Source: Dehalococcoidia bacterium
GTDB taxonomy: Bacteria; Chloroflexota; Dehalococcoidia; Lucifugimonadales; UBA3495
Reading direction: 5' to 3'
Assembly (NCBI GenBank): GCA_965249355.1
Contig: CBDFLW010000004.1
Coordinates: 1,645,591-1,709,590 of the forward strand
Length of the DNA: 64,000 nt
Below the pieces are notes generated by a model, which did not search any database, was not told the origin of the DNA, and saw only the letters and a program-made list of their open reading frames with translations. Position 1 is the first letter of the stretch; each line of letters begins with the position of its first letter. Positions 37,244-47,017 of the stretch are shown piece by piece. The translations under genes were made by a program, and so were the position numbers.

Positions 37244-38140
37244 TTATGGCGGGTACAGGATGTAGCCGCGATGGCCAGTTTTGCTGACTTGGAAAAGGTG
37301 CCCGCCACGGGTGGTGACATAGAGCGTGTCGAGGGCCGGTCCGCCGAAGGCGCAGTTGGTGGGCCAGTCGGCAGGCACCGGATGGGTCGCGATGATACGG
37401 CCCGACGGCGCGAATACGTGGATCAGCGGTCCAGGGCCCGCTTGCCGCCAGCCGCCCGCGGCGATGATGTTGCCGTCCACGTCCAGGCACATGCCGTCCA
37501 AACCGCGATGGACGCCACGGAAGTCGCGACCGAACTCATGCAGGACCAACGGCTCGCCGAGGCTGTCGTCGGATTGCAGGGGGTAGGCCCGCAGGTCTCG
37601 GGTACCCTCGTAGTCGCTCTGCACCACGTACAGCGTCCGCTCATCCTGTGAGAGCAGGATGCCGTTGGGCGCCCAGGTGTCGAAGGTCATGCGATGAAGC
37701 GTCCAGCTGGCCTCGGCATTGGGGTCCGGGTCCAGGCGCAGGACGGACGCGTGGTCCAGCTCCCGCTCCTCCGGCGGTACCTGGCCAGCTGGATCGGTGA
37801 ACCAGATGCGCCCCTTTCGGTCGATGGCCAGGTCGTTGGGGCGGTTGTGCCGCTTGCCGCCCAGCAACGAGGGCAGGGACGTGGTCGAGCCATCGGCGTT
37901 GAAACGCTGGATGCGCCGCCCGCCTCCGGAGCAGCCGTAGAGGTTGCCTTGGGCATCGAAATTCAGGCCGTTGGTGTGCTCGGTGCCGGTGCGCCACTCG
38001 GTACACTCGCCGGTGTGGTGGTCGTAGCTCATTATCCGGCTGTTGGGGATGTCGGTGAACAGAAGGGCCCGCCCGTCCCATACTGGCCCCTCGGTTGTGC
38101 CGCCGTACGGGCCTGCCACCAGCTCAAATTCCCAATCCAT
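37244..38140 (-). CDS. SMP-30/gluconolactonase/LRE-family protein
   Basis: EGPVWDGRALLFTDIPNSRIMSYD, NGLNFDAQGNLYGC, RPNDLAIDRKGRIWFTDP, PNGILLSQDERTLYVV. ATG 38140 preceded by AGGAGG. Confidence 0.85.
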   Translation of the reverse strand: MDWEFELVAGPYGGTTEGPVWDGRALLFTDIPNSRIMSYDHHTGECTEWRTGTEHTNGLNFDAQGNLYGCSGGGRRIQRFNADGSTTSLPSLLGGKRHNRPNDLAIDRKGRIWFTDPAGQVPPEERELDHASVLRLDPDPNAEASWTLHRMTFDTWAPNGILLSQDERTLYVVQSDYEGTRDLRAYPLQSDDSLGEPLVLHEFGRDFRGVHRGLDGMCLDVDGNIIAAGGWRQAGPGPLIHVFAPSGRIIATHPVPADWPTNCAFGGPALDTLYVTTRGGHLFQVSKTGHRGYILYPP

Positions 38141-38155
38141 ATCATCCTCCTGATA

Positions 38156-38194
38156 TTCCCCTACCCCCTCGGGAAAGGGTTGGGGTGAAGGCGT
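38156..38194. repeat. REP-like family A element (diverged)
   Basis: TTCCCCTACCCCCTCGGGAAAGGGTTGGGGTGAAGGCGT, lying between two minus-strand genes. Confidence 0.65.
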
Positions 38195-38199
38195 TCCTA

Positions 38200-39042
38200 C
38201 TAAAGCGGGATCCCCGTGGACCACTCCACGAACCGGGCGCCCACGCTCCCCATGCGGGAATAAGTGGCCGTCACAGAATCGCCGGGCTTGAGTTCCGCGG
38301 GAGTGACCATCGATCCCGAGATGATGGTCTCGCCTGCCCGCAGGTAGTCGCCGAACTCCGCCAGCTTGTTAGCCAGCCACACCACCGGGTTGATCGGGTT
38401 ACCCATCACCTCGAATCCGGTGCCCGAGCCGTGCAACTGCCCGTTCAGTTCCACGGTGACGCCCTCGTACTGCAGCTCCAGGTCGGCGAGGGAGCAGAGC
38501 CTGGAGCCGACCACCAGTCCGCCGTGCAGCGCGTTGTGGATGATGACGTCCGTGGCGCCGATTCCTTCACCCTGCACCTTCAAGTCCACGAGTTCAAGGG
38601 AGGGCAGGACGCCCAGCGTCGCCCGCATGACGTCCACGGGAGTCACGCCGGGGCCCCGCAGGTCCTCGCCCAGCACGAAGGCAAGTTCCGCCTCGATGTG
38701 CGGCGAAGCCAGATTGCCGATGGGCACGTCAGCGTTGTTTTCGTAGACGCAACTGCTCAGGATGTGACCGTAGCACGGCTCGTGCACTCCCAGGTGGTCT
38801 CGCGACGCCTTGGTGGTCAGCGCGACCTTGTGCCCCGATATGGCTTCGACAGGTGCAAGCTCGCAGAGGAAATGGTACTGGGTGTTGTAGGCATCGCCTT
38901 CTGTCAGAGACGACGCGCCTATGGGAGCCGCCGCCACCCCGGAGCGAAAGCTGCGCTGCACCGACTGGAGCGCGGGCAGGGCGTTGGCCTGAAAGGGCGG
39001 GGGAATTCCGTTAAATGTTAAATCCGCGGTTGTCAGTTTCAT
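38200..39042 (-). CDS. 2-keto-4-pentenoate hydratase / 2-oxohepta-3-ene-1,7-dioate hydratase family (MhpD/HpcG-like)
   Basis: GHKVALTTKA, PHIEAELAFVLGEDL, GETIISGSM are family-typical. Confidence 0.75.
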   Translation of the reverse strand: MKLTTADLTFNGIPPPFQANALPALQSVQRSFRSGVAAAPIGASSLTEGDAYNTQYHFLCELAPVEAISGHKVALTTKASRDHLGVHEPCYGHILSSCVYENNADVPIGNLASPHIEAELAFVLGEDLRGPGVTPVDVMRATLGVLPSLELVDLKVQGEGIGATDVIIHNALHGGLVVGSRLCSLADLELQYEGVTVELNGQLHGSGTGFEVMGNPINPVVWLANKLAEFGDYLRAGETIISGSMVTPAELKPGDSVTATYSRMGSVGARFVEWSTGIPL

Positions 39043-39149
39043 CTCATACTCGCGACTTTGAAATGGTTGCCGGGGAAATTTATCGGCTGGAGTTGGAAGT
39101 TGGAAGCTGGAGCCTATTTTACACCCCCTCGGCTCAAGCTCGTCCCAGC

Positions 39150-39177
39150 TTGTCCGGTTGCCCCGCTAAAGTATAAT
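39150..39177 (+). promoter_or_regulatory. sigma70-like promoter candidate TTGTCC-N16-TATAAT upstream of the acyl-CoA synthetase
   Basis: TTGTCC at 39150-39155 and TATAAT at 39172-39177, about 80 nt upstream of ATG 39256. Confidence 0.35.
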
Positions 39178-39255
39178 CAGACCGAACGGCTTTCAGCACG
39201 AAGTGGCAAGCGTGATCGATTAATCGCCCTATAACGAAGCGATAGAGGCAGATAT

Positions 39256-40974
39256 ATGACTGATAACGCTAACATCAACGGATCTACCAGTGGCGTAGAC
39301 ATCAACAGCACCATCGGCGACATGCTGGACCTGCAAGTGGAGCGCTACGCCGGCCGAGATGCACTGGTGAACTTTGAGACCGGCGAGAGGTTCAACTACG
39401 CCGGATTCCGCGAAGAGGCAGAACGGGTAGCCCGTGGGTTGATGGCGCTGGGAATCCAGCGCGGCCAGCACGTGGGCATCTGGGCCACCAACTACAGCGA
39501 GTGGGTGTTGACCCAGTTTGCCACCGCCAAGATCGGCGCCGTGATGGTCAACGTCAATCCCGCCTACCGCACTCACGAGTTGGCCTACTTGCTGGACCAG
39601 TCGGAGGCCAACGCGCTCATCCTCATCGGCAGGTTCCGCAACTCCGACTACGTAGGCATGCTGAACGAGGTGGCCCCGGAGATCAAGGAGTCCGCTCCCG
39701 GGGAACTTCGCAGCCCCCGTTTTCCCTACCTGCGCCACGTGATCCATATCCCGCCCCATAGCGACCTCGCATGCGAGACTCCTCCGGGCATGTGGTCGTG
39801 GGCGGATATGGTGGGAAGGCACATTGAAGTCTCGCGGGAGCAGTTAGCGGCCCGGCAGGCGGAGTGCAAACCTGGCGACCCTGTGAACATCCAGTACACC
39901 TCCGGGACCACCGGTAAGCCCAAGGGAGCCATGCTCACGCACCACAACCTGGTGGCCAACGCTGTCTACGTGGGCGACTGCATCGAACTCACGGAAAACG
40001 ACCGGCTGTGCATCCCGGTGCCCTTTTACCACTGCTTCGGCTGCGTGATGGGCAACCTGGGCTGCATCACCCACGGGTCGGCAATCGTGATCGCCGCCGA
40101 GCACTTCGACCCCCTGAAGACGCTGCAGGCGCTGGATAAGGAACGGTGCACGGCCCTCTATGGCGTTCCCACCATGTTCATCGCTCAGCTGGACCATCCC
40201 GACTTCGACAGCTTTGACGTGTCGTCCTTGCGCACCGGCATCATGGCCGGGTCGCCGTGCCCCATCGAAGTCATGCGGCAAGTCATCGATCGGATGGGTG
40301 CGCACCAGATGACCATCGCCTACGGACAGACCGAACACTCTCCGGTCATCACCCAGACCCTGATCTCAGACTCCATTGAGCGCCGGGTATCCACCGTCGG
40401 GAAAGTGCTCCCCGGCGTGGAGGCGCGCATCGTCGATCCCGAGACCGGCTTGGAGGTTGGCCCCGGGATCCAGGGGGAGCTCCAGGCCCGCAGCTCTATG
40501 GTGATGCTAGGCTACTACAACTTGCCGGAAGCCACCGCATCGGCCATCGACGAGGAGAGCTGGCTCCATACCGGCGACCTGGCGGAGGTGGACGAACAAG
40601 GTTACTACAGGATCACGGGCAGGCTTAAGGACATGATTATCCGTGGCGGTGAGAACGTTTACCCGCGGGAAATCGAGGAGTTCCTGTACACGCACCCCAA
40701 GGTCTCCGACGTCCAGGTCATCGGCGTCCCCGATGAGCGCTACGGCGAGGAGGTCATGGCTTGGGTGATGCTGAAGACAGGGGAATCGGCCGATTCAGAG
40801 GAAATCCGCGAGTACTGCCGGGGCAGGATCGCCCACTTCAAAGTCCCCCGCTACGTCAAGGTCACCACCGAGTTCCCCATGACCGTCACCGGCAAGATTC
40901 AGAAGTTCCGCATGCGGGAGATGGCCGTCGAGGAGTTGGGCCTGCAGGCCGCCAGCCAGATCGAGACCGCGTAG
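39256..40974 (+). CDS. AMP-binding acyl-CoA synthetase (fatty-acid-CoA ligase type)
   Basis: [20 protein letters not shown] (AMP-binding motif), [40 protein letters not shown]. Confidence 0.9.
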   Translation: MTDNANINGSTSGVDINSTIGDMLDLQVERYAGRDALVNFETGERFNYAGFREEAERVARGLMALGIQRGQHVGIWATNYSEWVLTQFATAKIGAVMVNVNPAYRTHELAYLLDQSEANALILIGRFRNSDYVGMLNEVAPEIKESAPGELRSPRFPYLRHVIHIPPHSDLACETPPGMWSWADMVGRHIEVSREQLAARQAECKPGDPVNIQYTSGTTGKPKGAMLTHHNLVANAVYVGDCIELTENDRLCIPVPFYHCFGCVMGNLGCITHGSAIVIAAEHFDPLKTLQALDKERCTALYGVPTMFIAQLDHPDFDSFDVSSLRTGIMAGSPCPIEVMRQVIDRMGAHQMTIAYGQTEHSPVITQTLISDSIERRVSTVGKVLPGVEARIVDPETGLEVGPGIQGELQARSSMVMLGYYNLPEATASAIDEESWLHTGDLAEVDEQGYYRITGRLKDMIIRGGENVYPREIEEFLYTHPKVSDVQVIGVPDERYGEEVMAWVMLKTGESADSEEIREYCRGRIAHFKVPRYVKVTTEFPMTVTGKIQKFRMREMAVEELGLQAASQIETA

Positions 40975-41070
40975 AGATCAGTAACTACACGCAGAGGCCA
41001 CAAAGAGTGTGCTGGTTTCTGCTTCTTCCCAACTGTGTGTACTCCGTGCTCTCTGTGTTGAAGCCAACCC

Positions 41071-42459
41071 CTAGTTGGTGCGGCCCACGATGCCTTGGGC
41101 CAGCCAGTCCACACCCTGGAGATACTCGTCGGTTGCGGTCTCGCCTGCGGCGATGCGGACCTCCCAGTCCTGGTCGTAGATTGGGCCGGTGAACGGCGAG
41201 ATGGTGCCGTCTCGCAGGCCCTCTACCGTGTTCAGCACCAGTTGCCTGGTTTCCTCGTCGACTCCACTGCCAAAGGGTGCCAGCTTGGCCCAGCCAGCAT
41301 CGATCCCAGCCAGCTTTACCGAACTGCGGTAAACGCCGGTGCGGATCTCGTGGACAACCTGCGCCATTATGGGCCCCCAGTTCCAGGTTGCACCCGTGAT
41401 CCAGTAGTTGGGAGCTGCGGCGCTGGCGTCGTAGTGGAAGCCGGTAACCCACACGCCCGCGCGCTCCGCTGCTTCGACCACCGTCTTGGTGCAGTCCTGC
41501 TGCAGCGACAGCACATCCACCCCGGCGTCGGTCATGGTGCTGACTGCAGTGACCTGCTTGGCTGGGTCGCACCAGTGGCTGGTGAACACCACGGTGGTCT
41601 GAACTTCAGGGTTGACCGACTGCGCTCCCAGGTGGAAAGCGTTGATGTTCAGCATGCTGGACGGAATTGGGAAGGCGGCGATGAACCCCAGCTTGTTGTT
41701 CGTGGTCGCCGTGCCAGCGGCGCGTCCGGCGGCGTATTCCAGCTGCCAGATGTTGGCGAAGAAGGAACTGTAATTTTCGAAGATCTCAAGGTCGCCCAAG
41801 TGAAGGAACATGACTTCGGGGTGCTTGTCAATGATGGCCTTGATGGGATCGGAGTAGCCGAAGCTGGTGGGGATGACGATGGTTGCGCCCTGCTCGATCA
41901 TCTGCTCGGCCACCGCCTGCACATCGACGGTCTCCGCGATATTCTCGGCGCGGAGCACCTCAACGTCGTCGAATACCTGCTCCAGGTAATCGGCGCCTGA
42001 GGCGGCGGCCTGATTCCATCCCAGGTCCTGTTGCGAACCAACGAATATGATTCCCACCTTCAGTTTTTCGCCTTCCTCCAGCGGTTGGGCCGCGGTGGCG
42101 AATTGACCAGTAGGACGGAAGCTGCTCCCCTCGCGGCCTTCGTCGAAGACCTGGATAAACAGATCGGGGGATCCCCCGCCCAGCTGTTCCATCGTGGGCA
42201 GGGCAAGGGATGGCGCATCGGCTGTATCAGAGGAGGAGGCAGCGGTTGGCTCGGGAACCGGGGTGCCGGAGGCGGGTTGCTCGGAGGCAGGTGTGGCGGC
42301 AGCTACTGGGGGGGAATCCGAGGCCGAAGTTGACGTCGGCGCCTGCTCCTCGCTGCCACACGCGATAAACGCGGCAACCACGACGGCGAGAGCTGCCGCC
42401 AGGACTGTGGTGTAGTGGAGGCGAATCTTGGAAAACAGTCCTGACAGCACGGCAATCAT
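41071..42459 (-). CDS. BMP-family ABC transporter substrate-binding lipoprotein
   Basis: Lipobox AAFIACGSEE plus a Ser/Pro/Ala linker, then LKVGIIFVGSQQDLGWNQAA and a periplasmic-binding fold typical of Med/PnrA/BMP proteins. Confidence 0.8.
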   Translation of the reverse strand: MIAVLSGLFSKIRLHYTTVLAAALAVVVAAFIACGSEEQAPTSTSASDSPPVAAATPASEQPASGTPVPEPTAASSSDTADAPSLALPTMEQLGGGSPDLFIQVFDEGREGSSFRPTGQFATAAQPLEEGEKLKVGIIFVGSQQDLGWNQAAASGADYLEQVFDDVEVLRAENIAETVDVQAVAEQMIEQGATIVIPTSFGYSDPIKAIIDKHPEVMFLHLGDLEIFENYSSFFANIWQLEYAAGRAAGTATTNNKLGFIAAFPIPSSMLNINAFHLGAQSVNPEVQTTVVFTSHWCDPAKQVTAVSTMTDAGVDVLSLQQDCTKTVVEAAERAGVWVTGFHYDASAAAPNYWITGATWNWGPIMAQVVHEIRTGVYRSSVKLAGIDAGWAKLAPFGSGVDEETRQLVLNTVEGLRDGTISPFTGPIYDQDWEVRIAAGETATDEYLQGVDWLAQGIVGRTN

Positions 42460-42471
42460 TCCTTCCCCAGT

Positions 42472-42867
42472 CTAGTCAGCGGTAACTTCAGCGTACCATT
42501 CGGCGGTCTCGTGCCCGGGCTCTGGCAGGACTGCCCCGCCCTCCATGGCCCAGGCTGCGGGCGTTTCTCCGAGGCGGCCGCTGATCTCCGCGCGGGAAAC
42601 TCCGGTATGCGTTACGAACGCACTGATCAGGTCGTTCAGGAGCTTGTCCTTCACTTCCTTTGGCCGCCCGGCCCGGTTGATGGCGTCCAGGTAGTAACGG
42701 GTCGGGAATTCCGATGAGCCCTCTGGCTGCTCGTCGAAGAGAACTTGGACGAAGTGGCGAGGGGCAAGGGTCGAACCGCAGTGAATGTCAGTTACGTCCA
42801 CTGCGATCTTTTCGCGCTGATCAAAGGGGACGGAGTCCTGGGGAACCTTAAAACGATAGATAGGCAT
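42472..42867 (-). CDS. tautomerase-superfamily protein, cis-CaaD/Tautomerase_3-like (N-terminal Pro-1)
   Basis: MPIYRFKVPQDSV...VTDIHCG...FVQVLFDEQPEG...RAGRPKEVKDKL...GAVLPEPGHETAEW follows, from memory, the cis-3-chloroacrylate dehalogenase pattern (MPVY..QD..TDAH.G..FaQV.F.EQP.G..R.GR..LP.PGHE.EW). Confidence 0.6.
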   Translation of the reverse strand: MPIYRFKVPQDSVPFDQREKIAVDVTDIHCGSTLAPRHFVQVLFDEQPEGSSEFPTRYYLDAINRAGRPKEVKDKLLNDLISAFVTHTGVSRAEISGRLGETPAAWAMEGGAVLPEPGHETAEWYAEVTAD

Positions 42868-42897
42868 GCCTTCTCTCCTGTTTCAGGTCTGGTTGTT

Positions 42898-43239
42898 TTA
42901 ATCCTGGTAGTTGCGATAGCTGACGTCTGCCGCCCCGACCACCAGTTCGGCAGTGGTCTGACCGGTGACTTCGGTCCACATATCCTGGACCGCTTGCATA
43001 AACTCCACCCGCTTCTCTTGGGAAAAACCGTCGGGAATTCGGCTCCTGACAGCCGACGAGGTGGAGAGCTCGCCGCCGCGGAATCCAAACCCGTGGGGAA
43101 TTACCTCATAGTTTATCGATATGTCGTCCGGAGCAACGCCAAGCACACTGGCTCCGATCTGTACGAGCCTTTCATTCAGTATCCGGCGTTGCTCTTCGGG
43201 TATCACCCCTTCCTGGATGGTGCAATTATACGTAATCAC
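42898..43239 (-). CDS. hypothetical small protein, possibly a tautomerase-like fold lacking Pro-1
   Basis: GTG start with AGAGGGGA upstream. The N-terminus MITYNCTIQEGVIPEEQRRIL..ISINYEVIP has the same beta-alpha-beta style as its neighbour, but residue 2 is Ile rather than Pro. Confidence 0.45.
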   Translation of the reverse strand: MITYNCTIQEGVIPEEQRRILNERLVQIGASVLGVAPDDISINYEVIPHGFGFRGGELSTSSAVRSRIPDGFSQEKRVEFMQAVQDMWTEVTGQTTAELVVGAADVSYRNYQD

Positions 43240-43330
43240 CTTGTCCCCTCTTTGGGCGTCATCGCCCTATAAATTACAGTAGCCTTGCCCCGATTGCAAC
43301 GTGCCAATGTCGTTGATTCAGCGGTGGCCA

Positions 43331-44248
43331 TCAGATGCGCAGGATGCTCTTCAGGCCCTCCGGCATGGTCCGGTCGGCCGCTCCGGTCCAGATTGCCAGT
43401 ACCCCCAGCGTTAGCACATAGGGCAGCATGTCCAGCAGGAAAGGCGAGACCGGGGCTCCCAGAGCCTGGAGTTGCAGCTGCAATCCCACGGCACCCCCGA
43501 AAAGGAAGGCTCCCACCATCCCGCGTATCGGCGACCAGAGCCCAAAGATGACCAATGCCACGGCGATGAATCCCCGGCCGGCGATCATACCCTCCGACCA
43601 GGTGTGCGTAAGCCCGATCGACAGCTGCGCTCCGCCAAGGCCTGCCAGCGCACCGCCCAGAACGATGGCTACCAGCTGCAGCATCGCCGGGTTGCGCCCG
43701 GCCGCGAAGGCCACCGCCACGCTCTCGCCAACGGCCCGTAGGCTCAGGCCCCAACGGGTGTATTGCAGGACAAACCAGATGAGCGGACCCAGCCCGTAGG
43801 CGATGTAGGCCAGGATGTCCTGCCGGAAAAGGGCTTCACCCAAGACCGGGATGTCGGCGAGGCCGGGTATGGCGATGAGGCCCAGGCCGTGGATGATGCT
43901 GTCGACGTAGTCCCGGCCGACGTACGCCGTTACTCCTTCTGCGAAGAGGGTGAGCGCCAGCCCCGTCGCGAGCTGGTTGGTGTCGCGGAAGACGACAAGG
44001 CAGGCATGGATGGAGGAGGCAAGGGCACCTGCGGCCATGCCGACAAGAACACCGATGGCCGCTGAGCCGGTCTCTGCTGTGGCCAGGAACCCGAAGCAGG
44101 CACCCATCAGGAGGCAGCCTTCCATCCCCAGGTTGATGCGGCCCGCCCGCTCAGTTATCAGCTCCCCGTAGACCGCGTACAGCACCGATATGCCGGGGCC
44201 AACCGCCCCGGTGAGGGTGCCGCTTATCACCAGCCAGAACGTGCTCAC
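43331..44248 (-). CDS. ABC transporter permease (BMP/nucleoside-sugar type)
   Basis: Polytopic hydrophobic sequence from [17 protein letters not shown]...ITERAGRINLGMEG. The GTG start overlaps the upstream stop (GTGA at 44245-44248). The listed 528-aa ORF adds a spurious N-terminal extension. Confidence 0.8.
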   Translation of the reverse strand: MSTFWLVISGTLTGAVGPGISVLYAVYGELITERAGRINLGMEGCLLMGACFGFLATAETGSAAIGVLVGMAAGALASSIHACLVVFRDTNQLATGLALTLFAEGVTAYVGRDYVDSIIHGLGLIAIPGLADIPVLGEALFRQDILAYIAYGLGPLIWFVLQYTRWGLSLRAVGESVAVAFAAGRNPAMLQLVAIVLGGALAGLGGAQLSIGLTHTWSEGMIAGRGFIAVALVIFGLWSPIRGMVGAFLFGGAVGLQLQLQALGAPVSPFLLDMLPYVLTLGVLAIWTGAADRTMPEGLKSILRI

Positions 44249-45315
44249 AGCGCCGGCCGCTCCACTCGTCGCAGCCCGAGAACGAAGAACAGCGCCAGGC
44301 CTATCAGCACCAGCCCAGCCGCCGAAGGGAGGCCAACGGTCAGCTGCAGCACGTCGCCGGCCACCAGGAACACCGCGATCATGGAACAGGCTGCCACTAT
44401 TCCCACTGGGTTGTGGCCAGCCAGCCAGCTGGCCAGCAGCCCCAGGTAGCCGAGGTTGTTGGATATCCCGGGACGAAGGTCGTGGTGAATGCCCGATACC
44501 TCGACCATGCCAGCCAGGCCGGCCAGCGCACCTCCGGCAACCATCCCGGCGATCACATATCTGTCGACCGCGATTCCCCGTCTTCGCGCCGCCTCGGGGT
44601 TGCCTCCCACGGCCCTCATTTTGAATCCCCAGATAGTGCGGTTCAGGATGACATAAGTGACTACCAGTGCGATCAAGGGCGCAAGGAATCCCCAGTGAAA
44701 CCGCGATCCCGCGATCGCCGGGAAGATGGCCGCGACCTCGAATGGGGTCGTGTATGGATAGCCCAGGCCTTGCGGGTTCTTCCAGGGGCCGAAAACGAAG
44801 ACATTGATCAGCAGGATGGCAATGTAGTTGCCGAGAAGGGTGGAAATTACCTCGTTGACCCCTCGCCACCGGCGCAAGGCAGCAGCGATGGCGGCCCACA
44901 GCCCACCGCCGATGCACCCGGCAACGGCCATCACCGGCAGCATCAACCAGGTCTGTCCCACAGGAAAGAACAGGGCCACCCCTGTTGCGGTAAGAGCGCC
45001 GATGTACAGCTGCCCCTCTCCGCCGACATTAACCAGGCCCACGCGGGTGGGTATCGCGGTGGCCAGGGCGGTCAGGAGCAGCGGGATCATGGTCACGCCA
45101 ACTTCACTGAGACCAAGGGAACTGCCGATGACCCCGTTCCAGGCCTTGACCAGGGCCTCTACTGGATCGCGCCCCGAGGCTGCTACGAAAACGGCGAAAA
45201 CGGCGAGGGCCAGGATAATGCCAAGAGCCGGGCGTGGAGCAGACATCCACGCCTGCGCCAGGGCGGGGTATCTCAGGGACAGAGTATCGGCGCGAATGAA
45301 CCGGGGAAGGATCAT
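44245..45315 (-). CDS. ABC transporter permease (BMP/nucleoside-sugar type)
   Basis: Polytopic. [17 protein letters not shown] is typical of this permease family. 4-bp overlap with the ATPase gene stop. Confidence 0.85.
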   Translation of the reverse strand: MILPRFIRADTLSLRYPALAQAWMSAPRPALGIILALAVFAVFVAASGRDPVEALVKAWNGVIGSSLGLSEVGVTMIPLLLTALATAIPTRVGLVNVGGEGQLYIGALTATGVALFFPVGQTWLMLPVMAVAGCIGGGLWAAIAAALRRWRGVNEVISTLLGNYIAILLINVFVFGPWKNPQGLGYPYTTPFEVAAIFPAIAGSRFHWGFLAPLIALVVTYVILNRTIWGFKMRAVGGNPEAARRRGIAVDRYVIAGMVAGGALAGLAGMVEVSGIHHDLRPGISNNLGYLGLLASWLAGHNPVGIVAACSMIAVFLVAGDVLQLTVGLPSAAGLVLIGLALFFVLGLRRVERPAL

Positions 45316-46907
45316 CCTGTCCCCTGATCGACGGCGTGGCCGGTCATGAGCAGGCCAATCTCCCGCATCGAAGCGCTGCCGGTCTCAAACTCGCCGACTA
45401 CCCGCCCGCGGTACATCACGAGCAGCCGATCGCTGAGCGCCAGCAGTTCGTCCAGGTCCTCGGACACCAGCAACGTGGCGGTCCCGGCGTCCCGCTGCTC
45501 CAGCAGCAACCTACGGGTGGATTCGGCGCTCACCACGTCGAGGCCGCGGGTTGGGTGGTATGCGAGTAACACGCGAGAGTCATTGCCGAGCTCTCCCGCC
45601 AGCATCACCCGCTGGATGTTGCCGCCCGACAGGAGTCGTACCTGTGCCCCGGAGTCAGCCATCGCAAGAGGGAAACGGGCACGCACTTCGTCTGCGCTGG
45701 TGGTGGTGTTTTTCCGGCCCAACCAGAACCGCTCAGCGCGTCCCCGGGCCAACCTTGACAGGAGCAGGTTTTCGTCGACCCGCATGCTGCTGACCAAGGA
45801 GTCCGCAAGTGGGTCCTCCGAAATGATCGACACCCCACGCGTCAAGGCATCGGCTGGCCCATGTCTAGACAGCGGCTCACCGTAGAGCAGTATCGCGCCG
45901 GTTCGCAGTGGTTCCAGGCCAAGAAGGGCTTCACCCAGCAGCCGCTGGCCGTTGCCAGCAACCCCGGCAACGCCGAGGATCTCTCCCTGGCGGACTTGGA
46001 AGCTGACGTGGTCGAGTCTCCTGTCGCCGGAATCGCCGCCCGTACTCACTCCGCGGAACTCGAGTACCGTTTCGGCCGCCATGCTCGCTCCGCCAAACTC
46101 GAGTTCCGTTTCGCCGATACGCTGAGAACGCAGACTGTTGTTGGCCTCGTCAGTTGGCCCCTCCCCCACCATCGCCGTAACAAGACTCCCAGCGTCGAAC
46201 TCGCTGCGGAGCGCGTTGTCCTCCACTCTGCCTCGCCTGAGAACGGTCACATTGTCGGCCACAACGAGGGCCTCGCGCACCTTGTGAGTGATGAACAGGA
46301 TGGAGTATCCATTGCACTTCAGGGCGTTAATCACCCGGAACAAGCCGTCGACCTCGTGGGGGGCAAGCACGCTGGTGGGTTCGTCGAATATAAGCAGCCG
46401 GGTCTCCGCCAGCAGCAGCTTGATGAGCTCGACTCGCTGCCTTTCCCCGAGGGACAGTTCGTCGACGCGCCGCCGTGGGTCGATTTCTAGGCCATAGAGT
46501 TCCGCGAACTGTTCAATCCGCTCTATCAGGGCCCTGCGGCGGAGCAGGCGCCCTTGCCTCGGCAGGAACAGGGCCACGTTCTCGACAACCGACAGGGCGG
46601 GAATGAGCGAGAAGTCCTGGAACACCATGCCAATCCCCAGCCGCCGCCCATCGGCCGGGGACGCCAGCCGAACCAGGTGGCCATCTACGGATATGGTCCC
46701 TGAATCGGGAGCGTGAAATCCGTAGATGACCTTCATCAGGGTGCTCTTTCCCGAGCCGTTCTCGCCCAGGACGGCGTGGATCTCGCCCCGGCCGACCAAC
46801 AGGTCAACGCTGTCGTTGGCCACCACTCCCGGAAAGGACTTGGTGATGCCGCGCAGCTCCAACAGTGGAGAGGCGCCCATATTGACGTCGCTGTCAGGGT
46901 TCATCAT
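45312..46907 (-). CDS. ABC transporter ATP-binding protein with two fused ATPase domains
   Basis: Walker [13 protein letters not shown], signature [13 protein letters not shown], Walker B LLIFDEPT; the second domain has [15 protein letters not shown]. Start is uncertain: GTG 46970, ATG 46907 or ATG 46880. Confidence 0.85.
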   Translation of the reverse strand: MMNPDSDVNMGASPLLELRGITKSFPGVVANDSVDLLVGRGEIHAVLGENGSGKSTLMKVIYGFHAPDSGTISVDGHLVRLASPADGRRLGIGMVFQDFSLIPALSVVENVALFLPRQGRLLRRRALIERIEQFAELYGLEIDPRRRVDELSLGERQRVELIKLLLAETRLLIFDEPTSVLAPHEVDGLFRVINALKCNGYSILFITHKVREALVVADNVTVLRRGRVEDNALRSEFDAGSLVTAMVGEGPTDEANNSLRSQRIGETELEFGGASMAAETVLEFRGVSTGGDSGDRRLDHVSFQVRQGEILGVAGVAGNGQRLLGEALLGLEPLRTGAILLYGEPLSRHGPADALTRGVSIISEDPLADSLVSSMRVDENLLLSRLARGRAERFWLGRKNTTTSADEVRARFPLAMADSGAQVRLLSGGNIQRVMLAGELGNDSRVLLAYHPTRGLDVVSAESTRRLLLEQRDAGTATLLVSEDLDELLALSDRLLVMYRGRVVGEFETGSASMREIGLLMTGHAVDQGTG

Positions 46908-47017
46908 TACTTCCAGGACCAACGGCCAATCCTCAAGCTCACCGGAGCGCGATAACTTGTAAGGGCGCACAGCCGTGCGCCCCTCTCAAGCTTCCATTGC
47001 ACTTGTCTTCTTTAGGG

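Noticed and set aside
37149-37490. N-terminal 114-residue extension of the Mo-hydroxylase ORF
   Set aside because: The extension has junk composition (HHRRGRLAASGPW...) and runs into the neighbouring lactonase gene. A proper AGGAG plus ATG lies at 37148, where the family-typical N-terminus begins.
43331-44917. 528-aa version of the ABC permease ORF
   Set aside because: The first ~220 residues are Arg/Gly/Pro-rich and overlap the upstream permease gene in another frame. A GTG start overlapping that gene's stop (GTGA at 44245-44248) gives a normal ~305-aa permease.
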